Below are positions 48,716-58,398 of a stretch of DNA of 64,000 nucleotides, one piece after another. This stretch comes from a virus. Lineage: Duplodnaviria; Caudoviricetes. Position 1 is the first letter of the stretch. Each line of letters opens with the position of its first letter. The DNA lies in IMG/VR virus record IMGVR_UViG_3300028805_000048. One strand, given 5' to 3'. The notes beneath the pieces were generated by a model. It was not told the origin of the DNA, ran no database searches, and saw only the letters and a list, made by a program, of their open reading frames with translations. Both the position numbers and the translations under genes were made by a program.

Positions 48716-50992
48716 ATGATTGTAAGTAGAGATAAATTAATACAATATTCAATTCCAGAACAATTTTATTTTGCAAGACGTGTTGGTGAAGGTTCTCCAA
48801 TCAGTCGTGATGAATATTTTAATAACAATCCTATTCAATTAGTAAAATCGGCTTATTGTGCTATAGGTAATGATACTGATGGTTGGGAACTAGAAATGTA
48901 TAATGGTGTTAACTGGGTAGTAGTTACACCTGAAGAATCATATTCGTTAACAATAACAAATGATGGACTTGCCGCTTTAACTAATGTTAAACAAGGTACA
49001 ACTCAATTAAAATTCAGTGGTTTAAAAATAATTGATCAAACAATTCTTAATCCAGCAACACCTCTCATTCAATGGACAGATACAACATTTTTAGCTGCTG
49101 GTAATGTTGTGTTTTCTGTAGGAACAAGAGGAGCAGCTCATAGCAATCCTGAAGAATTAAAACATCTTTTAAGATGGCGTTTTAATTCTTCTTCTGGTGG
49201 TTTACAATATATATTAACGTTACCAGCTGATGGTCTAGGATCTACAGCTGATGATAGAAGTAGTACATGGAATATTGGTGCAATTGGTTTATATGTAAAA
49301 GATCCAGATGATCAAACTACCGATGTATTATTTGCTGTTGCAACATTACCAGAATTGGTAACAAAGCATGCATCTACTATAGAAATGATTGGTAATACAA
49401 TTAAATTGTATTTTAATACGATATTAACTAACTTAGGCGTTGTATCAAATTTAAATGTGTTAGCAGATAATGATGTTAGTTTACCTGAAGTACAAAATGA
49501 AACTTTATTAACTTATCCAATAGATGCTGAACAAGATCCAAACAACTGTTATTTAGTAAATAATTTATATGGAACAAATATTCCAGCTTTAGCAATTAAA
49601 AAAACAATTGATGCTTCTAGTGATTCTGAATGGATATACATTCAACCTAGTGATAATTTTACAATTTTACCAGCTGAAGCTTTTGATCAATCAGTAAACA
49701 ATTATGATTTTGTATATTGGGATGCAACTGCAGAAAAATATAAATTAGCTGAAGGTAAAACTAATTCTACAGAAAACAATGAAAAAATGCCTATAGGTAT
49801 ACGTGTTGGTAATTCAATTGTTTATACAGGTGTTGTCACAAACACGTCTACTTCATACGAATATTCAATTGATTTAATTTCAAGCGGTACAAATTATAGA
49901 GATAGTGATGAATTATTAATAGCTGTTAACGGTGCACTTACTTTTAAGGTAATAGTAAATAGTATTCAACCTGACGGTGGTATTAATGGATTTACATTAA
50001 TTGGTCCTACTGTAGGTGATTTAGAAATACCTGGTGGAGAAATCACTTTACCTGCTATATATGATCCAAGATCTCAATTGCCTAGAGATGGATATAACGC
50101 TAGATTTAAAGTAACTAGTACAAGAATTCCTAGTTCTCAATGGAATTTTCCAGCGTCGTGGTTAAATAAACCTTTATATTGTAGTTGGAATAATGATCCT
50201 GTGCATACAAGTAATCCACAGTTAGGTGGTGAAGGTAAACCAACAATTACTGAAACAGATAGTATGGTTGGATGGTGTATATCTTCAAATGCTATAAAAC
50301 TTGGCTTTGATGTAAGAAATGAAGCAACAACTACTAAATATGGTACAGTAAGGTATGCTACTAATGCTGAAGTTAAAGAAGTTTTAACTAATTCTCAAGC
50401 AAATTATACAACAGCAATTTGTCCTAAGACATTAAACGATAACTATCTTCAAATAAGTAAACCTTCTAATACGAATCAAAAAGGTAGTTCAATCAATAAA
50501 CCAATAGAAGTAAACAGCTTTGTTAAATTCAAACAAACTGTTCTTGGAAAAAATACTGCTAGTTATGGCACAACATATATGAATGATGCGAACATAGATT
50601 TCTACGGTTGTTCATATCGTGCTTGGTATGCTGACTTAGCTGAATTTTATGAAGCTGATAAATATTATGAAGCAGGTACACTAATTAGTATCGGTGGTGT
50701 TAAAGAAATAACCGTTGCTAAAAATGAATGTAATGGTATAATTTCTACAAATCCTGGCTTTGAATTAGGTAATAAACTTTCTGATATGCATCTTCCAGTT
50801 GCTTTGGTAGGACGTGTTCCAGTTTTATTTGATGGTAATTGTATGCCTAAATTTGGAGATAAGATATATTTGTCTAAAATTATTCCTGGACGTGCTTCAA
50901 CTGTTCCAAATGGTAATTGTTTAGGTAAAATTGTGGCTAAAAGTTTTGGTACTAATAAATTAATAGAATGTATTATAAGAATAGATTTTTAA
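48716..50992 (+). CDS. Baseplate-attached fibre protein with C-terminal intramolecular-chaperone-like domain
   Basis: ITNDGLAAL and IGAIGLY...VLFAV fibre-attachment motifs, ATTTKYGTVRYAT, C-terminal YADLAEFYEAD...GIISTNPG...PVALVGRVPV. Confidence 0.7.
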   Translation: MIVSRDKLIQYSIPEQFYFARRVGEGSPISRDEYFNNNPIQLVKSAYCAIGNDTDGWELEMYNGVNWVVVTPEESYSLTITNDGLAALTNVKQGTTQLKFSGLKIIDQTILNPATPLIQWTDTTFLAAGNVVFSVGTRGAAHSNPEELKHLLRWRFNSSSGGLQYILTLPADGLGSTADDRSSTWNIGAIGLYVKDPDDQTTDVLFAVATLPELVTKHASTIEMIGNTIKLYFNTILTNLGVVSNLNVLADNDVSLPEVQNETLLTYPIDAEQDPNNCYLVNNLYGTNIPALAIKKTIDASSDSEWIYIQPSDNFTILPAEAFDQSVNNYDFVYWDATAEKYKLAEGKTNSTENNEKMPIGIRVGNSIVYTGVVTNTSTSYEYSIDLISSGTNYRDSDELLIAVNGALTFKVIVNSIQPDGGINGFTLIGPTVGDLEIPGGEITLPAIYDPRSQLPRDGYNARFKVTSTRIPSSQWNFPASWLNKPLYCSWNNDPVHTSNPQLGGEGKPTITETDSMVGWCISSNAIKLGFDVRNEATTTKYGTVRYATNAEVKEVLTNSQANYTTAICPKTLNDNYLQISKPSNTNQKGSSINKPIEVNSFVKFKQTVLGKNTASYGTTYMNDANIDFYGCSYRAWYADLAEFYEADKYYEAGTLISIGGVKEITVAKNECNGIISTNPGFELGNKLSDMHLPVALVGRVPVLFDGNCMPKFGDKIYLSKIIPGRASTVPNGNCLGKIVAKSFGTNKLIECIIRIDF

Positions 50993-51005
50993 AGGATAAA
51001 CTATA

Positions 51006-52769
51006 ATGGCAAGTTATTCAGAAACAACAGCGATAAGAATTCGTCATGGAAATAAAAGCGAAAATGATAATTTTACAGGATTATCTGCTGAAGTTGTCGC
51101 TGATTTAGGCGAAGATAACACTGGTACTGATCAAAATACTACATTACGATTACATAATAGTATAAATCAAGGTGGTATTAAATTAGCTCGTGCTGATATG
51201 GCTAATGTCACAACTGAAACTTTAGCTAAAAATCGTCGTTTATTAGGTGATAAAAATCTTGCTTATGCTGATATGACTAACGTTAACACTGTTGATCTTG
51301 CTACAAAAGCTGATGAATTAGATGGACATGAAGGTAAAAATCTTGCATACGCTGATCTTAGTAATCTTAAAGATAATAAATTAGATCCAAATACACAAGA
51401 AGAAATCATAGATGATGTAGTAGAAGTATTAAATGATTATGGTTTAGCTACAAAAGTCGATTTGAATACAGAAATAACAGCTTTAGACAATAAAAAAGCA
51501 GAAAAAGATTTATCAAATGTTGATACAGCAGATCTTGCTAGTGGAGAAGGTGAACAAGGAAAGCATGCTGGTAAAAATCTTGCATATGCTGATATGAGTA
51601 ATGTAAGTACAGTCGATTTAGCTACATCAACAGGTCATGCTGGTACAAATTTAATGTATGTTTCTGCTTCTAATATTAATACAGCTGGTTGGAATAAATT
51701 AAGTACAAAATTACAAAATATAGACGATAGACAAAATGATATTAGCTCATCAGCACAAATAACTGATAGAACAAAAGCGTATCCGACAGTAAAAGCTGTT
51801 ACTGATTACGTAGATACAGCCGTTACACAAGAAGGTTTATTAAAGATAGACTTTAAAAATGCTAAAACTTGGGATCCTTTGGTAGATAGATCAAACATCG
51901 AATTTAGATTTTCTACAGATGTTGAAAATATAATTGCTGCTGGTACAGGTTTTACAACTATGATGACTTCTATATCTGGAACAAGTTATCAAGTACCTAC
52001 ATTGGCTCCAACAAATCTTACTGTTGGGAATACACCAATCAAATTAGCTGTTTATGAAATAAACGATGAACATAAACCAATCAGTTGGAGATTATATCCA
52101 GAATATGGTAAAACAAATATTTCAACTCAAACTATCAAATTCAAAACAAGTTTAGGTAAGACATTAGAAGGTACAATTAAAAGCATAGCACATCCAAGTG
52201 CATCTGGTGTATATCGTTATATCTTTACAATATCAGATAGAACAAAGATTCAAGAAAGTCCTGAATGGATAGGAACAAGAGTAGCAAATGATTTCGAATA
52301 CGTACCTTTATACGATTGTACAACAGCAATCAATGTAAATCAAAGTGTTTGTATTCAGATTAATAATGTTGATAGTAATGGTGCTATAACATCTTATTCA
52401 ATTGTTCCAAGCACATCAACCACAGCAATAGCTTCTAATAATCGTCCAGTATATCATCCAATATTAATTACAGAAGCAGTTCAAAGTGGTAACAACGGAA
52501 CAATTGCTATCTTTTCTGAAAATTGTATGCCAAACATTGGTGGTGCTGGTCTTTTAAAAGATGATTTCAGCAATTTGAGTGGTAACAGTGCTGTAGATAA
52601 AGCATCAGCTAAAGATGCTATTTGGAATATAAACAGAGAAAAACCAATGCCAGATATTTCTTTAACAACAATTGATGAATCAGAATATTATAGAATTTGT
52701 ACAATTGGACAAGTTTGGGATGCTCTACACGATTATGGTTCAACAAAAGTAACGATTAGAGATTGGTAA
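51006..52769 (+). CDS. Tail fibre protein
   Basis: N-terminal IRHG...FTG..AEV...TLRLH...GG..LA fibre head motif; repeated KNLAYAD(M/L)SNV units. Confidence 0.7.
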   Translation: MASYSETTAIRIRHGNKSENDNFTGLSAEVVADLGEDNTGTDQNTTLRLHNSINQGGIKLARADMANVTTETLAKNRRLLGDKNLAYADMTNVNTVDLATKADELDGHEGKNLAYADLSNLKDNKLDPNTQEEIIDDVVEVLNDYGLATKVDLNTEITALDNKKAEKDLSNVDTADLASGEGEQGKHAGKNLAYADMSNVSTVDLATSTGHAGTNLMYVSASNINTAGWNKLSTKLQNIDDRQNDISSSAQITDRTKAYPTVKAVTDYVDTAVTQEGLLKIDFKNAKTWDPLVDRSNIEFRFSTDVENIIAAGTGFTTMMTSISGTSYQVPTLAPTNLTVGNTPIKLAVYEINDEHKPISWRLYPEYGKTNISTQTIKFKTSLGKTLEGTIKSIAHPSASGVYRYIFTISDRTKIQESPEWIGTRVANDFEYVPLYDCTTAINVNQSVCIQINNVDSNGAITSYSIVPSTSTTAIASNNRPVYHPILITEAVQSGNNGTIAIFSENCMPNIGGAGLLKDDFSNLSGNSAVDKASAKDAIWNINREKPMPDISLTTIDESEYYRICTIGQVWDALHDYGSTKVTIRDW

Positions 52770-52828
52770 ATTTTTTTAGTCTAGAATAACTAATTTTAAA
52801 TTCATTGTTCTTCCTCATAAAAAAGTAA

Positions 52829-52866
52829 AGAGCTTATTCTATGGTCAAAAAATGAGCTCTAATTTT
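52829..52866. terminator. Hairpin/terminator between convergent units
   Basis: AGAGCTTATT/AATGAGCTCT stem (one G-U on plus strand) with A- and T-rich flanks. Confidence 0.55.
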
Positions 52867-52881
52867 ATTAATATGTTAGAT

Positions 52882-53130
52882 TTAATTAGATTGATTTATA
52901 AGATCGTTTGTGATATGATTTTGAGCTTTTTCAGCAGCATCTTGTTTTTGGTAGCATATAATTATTTGTGTAAATGTTTTGTCACCAGCTAAGCAATCGT
53001 AGTCATAGTCAGTTTGAATAAACTTATTTGTAGAGATAACATTTGTAGTTTGTGTTGTACAACCTGAAATTGGTCCTAATATGATCAAATAAAGAGTTAA
53101 TAAACCTATGATTTTGCAAAATGTTTTCAT
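52882..53130 (-). CDS. Outer-membrane spanin (o-spanin) lipoprotein
   Basis: Signal peptide with lipobox ISGC, two further Cys, directly after i-spanin. Confidence 0.7.
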   Translation of the reverse strand: MKTFCKIIGLLTLYLIILGPISGCTTQTTNVISTNKFIQTDYDYDCLAGDKTFTQIIICYQKQDAAEKAQNHITNDLINQSN

Positions 53131-53131
53131 A

Positions 53132-53446
53132 TTATTTAACCTTTCTAAAGTAATTTAATAGCTGCTGAGATGGCTTTACATCACCACAAGAATCAGAAGG
53201 AATGTTATTTAATATTTCTTTATATCTTTCTTCTACTTCTTTTATTTCTTTATTTTTTTGATTGTTATATTCATTTAGTTTATCGTTATCGATTTGTAAA
53301 GCTGTAATAGTTGCATTAGCATGAATCAATTCTGCATTTTTATTATCCAATTTTGTACATGTATTACGCCACATGAATCCACAAAAGCATAATCCTAAAA
53401 ATAAAACCAATATGATAATATATGGAATATAAGATTTATTAAACAT
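53132..53446 (-). CDS. Inner-membrane spanin (i-spanin)
   Basis: N-terminal TM helix, coiled coil, C-terminal C...P..LL. Confidence 0.75.
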   Translation of the reverse strand: MFNKSYIPYIIILVLFLGLCFCGFMWRNTCTKLDNKNAELIHANATITALQIDNDKLNEYNNQKNKEIKEVEERYKEILNNIPSDSCGDVKPSQQLLNYFRKVK

Positions 53447-53448
53447 TA

Positions 53449-53883
53449 TTATTTATCCTTCTTTTTATGAGTTTTCTTTTTATAAATTCTTTTTGCTCTT
53501 TCTTTGACTTCTATTTCATGTCCTATCGCAGAAGAAGCTATGTGTTTTAATATAGCTTTAAATATGTCGCTGAAATAATCTAATATCGATACACCAACTA
53601 CGCCAGATACGCCTGCGCATGCTAATACCCAATTTTTATGATCAAAATCTGGTAAAAAAAGTCCAATTATTATACCAGAAAATGAAGCTGTAACCATAGT
53701 AGATATAAATCTTTTTATATTAAAACAAGATTCAAAATTTGATAATTCACGAGCTATGCCACCTAAACAGCTTAAAATTGCACACATACAGATCGCTAAG
53801 TATTCTGGTTCATGTCCTGTGTTATTATTCTCTATCATTTTATTTATTTTCCTTTCTTTTCGATCTTGCAAGATCCACAGCAT
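53449..53883 (-). CDS. Holin (LydA-like, about three TM helices; start probably at 53838)
   Basis: LGGIAR...ASFSGIIIG...AGVSGVVG..ILD pattern and basic C-terminal tail; upstream of spanins. Confidence 0.75.
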   Translation of the reverse strand: MLWILQDRKERKINKMIENNNTGHEPEYLAICMCAILSCLGGIARELSNFESCFNIKRFISTMVTASFSGIIIGLFLPDFDHKNWVLACAGVSGVVGVSILDYFSDIFKAILKHIASSAIGHEIEVKERAKRIYKKKTHKKKDK

Positions 53884-54491
53884 TTATATTTCCAGAATCC
53901 TACTAATGCCCAGTTTAATAAAGCTGTAATGAGAAGCATAATACCAATTGCTATTTCCAATTCTTTATCTATTGGCTCTTTTGGATAATTTGTAACACCT
54001 GTAATAACTAATAATTTTTCATCATTTACTTTAAAATGTCTAAATTCCCAAATTATTTTATTACCGTTTTCTTTAGTTGCAAAAGATCCGCGTTTGTGTT
54101 TTGCGATAGTATTTCTTATTTCTTTTTCGTCATGTGGATGTTTCTTTAAAAGGAATGGGCAATTTGCTGAATGATATATTTCAGATTTTGTGTTTGGATT
54201 AAATGAATCTTCTGTTTCGTCACGCAACATATACGTGTATGTATTATCAAAAGTATCTAAAGTTAAAATTGAATTCTTTACATCTGTTATTGTAGAGAGA
54301 CTTTCTGTCAAAGTCATTAATTGATTCTTTTCACTTATTTGTCTATTTAAATCACGTGTATATAGTCTTTCAAATAGATTTATAAAATAAAATATACCGA
54401 TAGTAACAATGATTAAAGGAAAAAGCCATACAAACTTTTTCATAAAAGTTTTAAATTTAGATCTCATTTTTAATAATCCTAATAATTCCAA
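53844..54491 (-). CDS. Two-TM membrane protein with periplasmic domain (lysis-cassette associated)
   Basis: TM helix near each terminus enclosing about 135 aa soluble domain; first gene after late motif; true start likely a downstream ATG. Confidence 0.6.
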   Translation of the reverse strand: MELLGLLKMRSKFKTFMKKFVWLFPLIIVTIGIFYFINLFERLYTRDLNRQISEKNQLMTLTESLSTITDVKNSILTLDTFDNTYTYMLRDETEDSFNPNTKSEIYHSANCPFLLKKHPHDEKEIRNTIAKHKRGSFATKENGNKIIWEFRHFKVNDEKLLVITGVTNYPKEPIDKELEIAIGIMLLITALLNWALVGFWKYKCCGSCKIEKKGK

Positions 54492-54527
54492 TTAAATTTG
54501 TTTGCAAATTTTTATTTTTTATAATTA

Positions 54528-54536
54528 TTAGAACTT
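54528..54536 (-). promoter_or_regulatory. Putative late promoter motif AAGTTCTAA
   Basis: Recurrent intergenic motif; heads lysis cassette. Confidence 0.6.
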
Positions 54537-54568
54537 TACTTATCAAATAGTTTTCGTAAAAAATAAAC

Positions 54569-55921
54569 TTACCATTTTCTTATTGTTACACTAGCACCAC
54601 CAGAACCACCTATCGATTTACCATTAACATGGGTCAATTTACCATTTGCATCTAACGTCATGAAAAATGATTGAGAAGTATCTATTGCGATAGCGGTTGC
54701 AGATTGAGCTACCCCAATATAATACCATGTATATCCAGCTGTCATTGATGTAGTCACATAATTATCAGATAAAATATTACTGCTTGAATCTATTGTACAT
54801 CTAAAATAACAAGGATTGCCTCTAACTAATGTTGCGTGTGGAATATTTGTTAAAGTTGTAATAGATAGTTTTTGTCTTATTTGGTCCCAACCAAGACCAT
54901 TACCAGAATTATAAGCAGAAGTAACCAACTGAATACCAAAACCAGGTTCAATAGCTTTAGTTTTATCACTGGCTGGATATATTTGATTACCGTTTTGATA
55001 TACAAAGGAGTTAGCGACTAAAGCGGCTCCGGCTGTATTAATCGTTGAATTAATAAATTTTGATAATCTATTATTAACTTGTGAAGCGTTATCAGATTGA
55101 AGAACAGTACCATACATATAGTTAAAATCATAACCATATCTTGTTTCAATATCAATTTGCCCTGAACTTTGATATGTAGAATTATATGTTGTAGCAGTTC
55201 CTTCTACCCATGTAAATTTGGAATTAGTTTTAAATACTTCAACTTTGTAATGACGTTCTGTAGTATTTCTATTATTAATTACTTCTAATGCCCATCCATG
55301 TCCATTATTTAACGCTTTAGGAAAAACATATCTTAAATATCTTGCTCCACCATATGTCGATGAAGTTGTTCCAGGAAACATATTAGCTATAACATATGGT
55401 TGGTTATTTTGTCTTCCTGGAAATATTACAGCAAAATTGCCAACCTGATGAATGCTTGTACCTGTGACAGTAATTCTAAAATATATTACATCATTTAAAT
55501 CTGCTTGGTCTGTTTCGGTATTAGTTCTTGTACAAATTTGATGATAAGCAGTATCAGTAGTATCAAATTCAATCGTTTGAATAGAAGTCATAGCATCAAA
55601 ATTAGGTAATAGATTTCCTTGATCTGCTTGTTTCAGATATGTTTCAGAAATTACATTACCATCAGCATCTTTTCCAGCTTGAATATTAGCAATAGATGTT
55701 TGTCCGGTACCACCATTAGCAACTCCTAAAGTACCTTGTATACCAGGAGTAATGTTGGCAGACCCATCAAAACCTACAGCAGTTGTTGACCCTAAATTTG
55801 TTCTTATTGTTCTTGCTGTTTCTAGTTTAGTTGCGGTATCAGCATTACCTTTTAAATTAGCATATAAATATCCTAATATTCTCGCTGAGCCATTTACAAT
55901 CAAATCTTTTAAATTTGCCAT
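54569..55921 (-). CDS. Tail fibre-related protein
   Basis: GNADTATKLETARTI, FDGSANI, LGVANGGTG fibre motifs; ends VTIRKW like VTIRDW of 51006..52769. Confidence 0.75.
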   Translation of the reverse strand: MANLKDLIVNGSARILGYLYANLKGNADTATKLETARTIRTNLGSTTAVGFDGSANITPGIQGTLGVANGGTGQTSIANIQAGKDADGNVISETYLKQADQGNLLPNFDAMTSIQTIEFDTTDTAYHQICTRTNTETDQADLNDVIYFRITVTGTSIHQVGNFAVIFPGRQNNQPYVIANMFPGTTSSTYGGARYLRYVFPKALNNGHGWALEVINNRNTTERHYKVEVFKTNSKFTWVEGTATTYNSTYQSSGQIDIETRYGYDFNYMYGTVLQSDNASQVNNRLSKFINSTINTAGAALVANSFVYQNGNQIYPASDKTKAIEPGFGIQLVTSAYNSGNGLGWDQIRQKLSITTLTNIPHATLVRGNPCYFRCTIDSSSNILSDNYVTTSMTAGYTWYYIGVAQSATAIAIDTSQSFFMTLDANGKLTHVNGKSIGGSGGASVTIRKW

Positions 55922-55935
55922 AGATATTTATCCTA

Positions 55936-56592
55936 TTAAATTTCATAAAAGTCATTTGCAACTATACAATTCTTAGTTATTTGGAACTTATTTTCTTCAG
56001 ATAAATTATCGATTCTTACCCATAATTGTACTTTGCCTGATATTACTCCAGTTGGTCCTGGCATACCATTTTGGTAATTGTTTCGTGGAGCAATTGCAAA
56101 AAACCAATTCGTATGTCCAACTGAACCACTTAAATAGCATGGATTTATTGGAGAAGCAGAAGTAAGAGAATTTTGTAGTGTTAATCCACCCCAATAATGT
56201 CCATTCCAATCAATGTGTATGGCTTCATATCCTTCTGCTGTTCCATCACCAGCAGATGTAGTAGGTACATACTCGTTACACGGATTATTGTTTTGAATCC
56301 ATCTATTATATTGATTAGGAACATTATCAGGATATTCTAAAAGAAATTCATATTTGTCATTAATATTTTTAAAATAATCTAGTAAATAAAGACGGCTATA
56401 TTTGTTTTCTACTTGAGTATTTAAAGCCTCATCAACTGAAGAAAATACAACAGTACCACTGTTACTATTATGCTCGAATATCTTAGCCCACTTAGCACCT
56501 TCAAAATACTTAGTCTCCATATCTTCAAGTATACCATTTGTAGAGAATCTATTAGATTTGACTACGGTATTCTTCTGTATTCCTGTTGTCAT
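55936..56592 (-). CDS. Fibrinogen-like/lectin-like tail accessory protein
   Basis: WAKIFEHN...KYSRL...YEFLLEYP...NRWIQ..NP...WGGL...WFFAI...LWVR. Confidence 0.55.
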   Translation of the reverse strand: MTTGIQKNTVVKSNRFSTNGILEDMETKYFEGAKWAKIFEHNSNSGTVVFSSVDEALNTQVENKYSRLYLLDYFKNINDKYEFLLEYPDNVPNQYNRWIQNNNPCNEYVPTTSAGDGTAEGYEAIHIDWNGHYWGGLTLQNSLTSASPINPCYLSGSVGHTNWFFAIAPRNNYQNGMPGPTGVISGKVQLWVRIDNLSEENKFQITKNCIVANDFYEI

Positions 56593-58379
56593 TCTTCAAC
56601 TAACTCCCCACAATATAATTTTCCCGTTTTATCAACTTGAGCACTGACTTTATATAATTCTGTAACCTCATCAGCTGTAAGTGTTTTAGCATATATTCTG
56701 AAATCTAAAAGTTTACCTACAAATTTTTCTTGATTATATGTAAAGTCACCTAAAGACCAACGACTGGTATCGTTGGCACATTTTATAGTGGTAGCAATAC
56801 TAGTTTTATCAATTGTTCCAACTAATTCACCGTTTAAATAACATTTAAATATTCCATTATCAAAAGTCATTACAATATTATACCATGTATTTAAAGCTAA
56901 TTCATTAGTTAAACTTATTCTTATATCTTGATAACCAGAATTCATATATACGATACTTTGTATTTGTGATGAAGTATTAGATCTTGTTCTCCAAAAACCA
57001 TTTTGATTGAGATTCCAAAGATTATTACTAGTCCCCAAATCAACCTTAAATTTAGCCCATATACTAAGGCTTAAATTGCTTACTTCATCGCCTTGATGAA
57101 ATATTCTATCTAATATTAAATCCTTATTAGCATCAAATTCTGTTGACATATAATATCTTGGAGAATCTGGTGTGAATGTTACTCCTTGTCTTGTTCCATT
57201 AAATCCATTGCCAGATAAATCATCTTCAATATCTGTATTTATTAGGCCATGTGGTATATATGGAGTAGCTTTAGAGCCTTTTTCTAATTTTGGACAACAA
57301 GCTTTTAATATAGCATGTTCTCCTTCTGTTTTACTTCCATTGTTGTCAATTCTTATATAACCAGTATAGTCATCTGTAGGAGTAGTAAATGTCCAAGTCA
57401 CATAATTCCATTGATTTACTATTAATCCAGAAACATTAGCTATTCTTGTAGCATTTACCCATCCTGTTCCAGTTTTTTGATTAGTTTCAATATCAGATAA
57501 CCAGAAAATATCAACACTTTTAACATTACTATCTAACCAAAGATAACAAGAAAATGTATATTGTGTAGATTGTTCAACTTGTCCAGTTCTACCCCATCCT
57601 AAATAAGATTCTGTTGTTGCCGTAGTATCTCTTATAAAAACAGTTTGACTTCTATATCCATTTTCTTCAATACTACTATGATATAATGAATTTAAAGGTA
57701 AAATATTTTCTCCAGCTCCATATCCTTTTAAGTCATAATGAAGAATAAGACCTTTTGATAATTCTTTTATTTCTTTTGTCGATAATGTATGATTATAAAT
57801 TCTAAAATCATGAAGTTCACCTAAAAGAATATTACCACTTCTATTATCACCACCAATATAAGTATTATTTGTAATACCTGAAAACGTGAGTTGCTTTGTA
57901 ACACTATCTACTAATTCTCCATTTTTATAGAATTTAACAGTTGTTCCATCATATGTAAAGCAAACGTGAGTCCATTTATTTGCGTCAACTATTAAATTTG
58001 ATTGATAATTATAATTAACACTTCCTGTGTACCAATATAATCTTAAACTATTATTTGTTACTCCTCCACTGGCATTTATTTCAAATGCTGCTACTTTTTC
58101 ACTTCCACCACTTTTATAATTTCCTAAAATGATTCCTCTTTTACCATCATTTTTAAAATTAATCCAAAATGATACCGACCAAGTAGTTTGTCCAAAAGCT
58201 TCTTCACCAGGAAAATTATCTAATAAAATTTTACTTCCAGAAACTCCATCAAAACTTGCACAAGTTCCAAATTGATTACTATTCACAAGAGTTACACCAG
58301 AATTAACTGTTTCAGTAATATCAGATAATCCTTTATTCTTAAAGTCTTTTGTAAATGGATACCAAACTATTAAACTCAT
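56589..58379 (-). CDS. Tandem LamG/ConA-like lectin protein with central carbohydrate-binding-like module
   Basis: Two copies of SVSFW..., NKWTHVCFTYDG..KFYKNG, DFRIY..TL...I.EL; central PKLEKGSKATPY motif. Confidence 0.8.
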   Translation of the reverse strand: MSLIVWYPFTKDFKNKGLSDITETVNSGVTLVNSNQFGTCASFDGVSGSKILLDNFPGEEAFGQTTWSVSFWINFKNDGKRGIILGNYKSGGSEKVAAFEINASGGVTNNSLRLYWYTGSVNYNYQSNLIVDANKWTHVCFTYDGTTVKFYKNGELVDSVTKQLTFSGITNNTYIGGDNRSGNILLGELHDFRIYNHTLSTKEIKELSKGLILHYDLKGYGAGENILPLNSLYHSSIEENGYRSQTVFIRDTTATTESYLGWGRTGQVEQSTQYTFSCYLWLDSNVKSVDIFWLSDIETNQKTGTGWVNATRIANVSGLIVNQWNYVTWTFTTPTDDYTGYIRIDNNGSKTEGEHAILKACCPKLEKGSKATPYIPHGLINTDIEDDLSGNGFNGTRQGVTFTPDSPRYYMSTEFDANKDLILDRIFHQGDEVSNLSLSIWAKFKVDLGTSNNLWNLNQNGFWRTRSNTSSQIQSIVYMNSGYQDIRISLTNELALNTWYNIVMTFDNGIFKCYLNGELVGTIDKTSIATTIKCANDTSRWSLGDFTYNQEKFVGKLLDFRIYAKTLTADEVTELYKVSAQVDKTGKLYCGELVEE

Positions 58380-58398
58380 ATGTCTTTATCCTTTCTTT

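Noticed and set aside
33514-52769. Bacterial contractile injection system/T6SS or tailocin
   Set aside because: Portal, recombination genes, lysis cassette and absence of host genes indicate a phage
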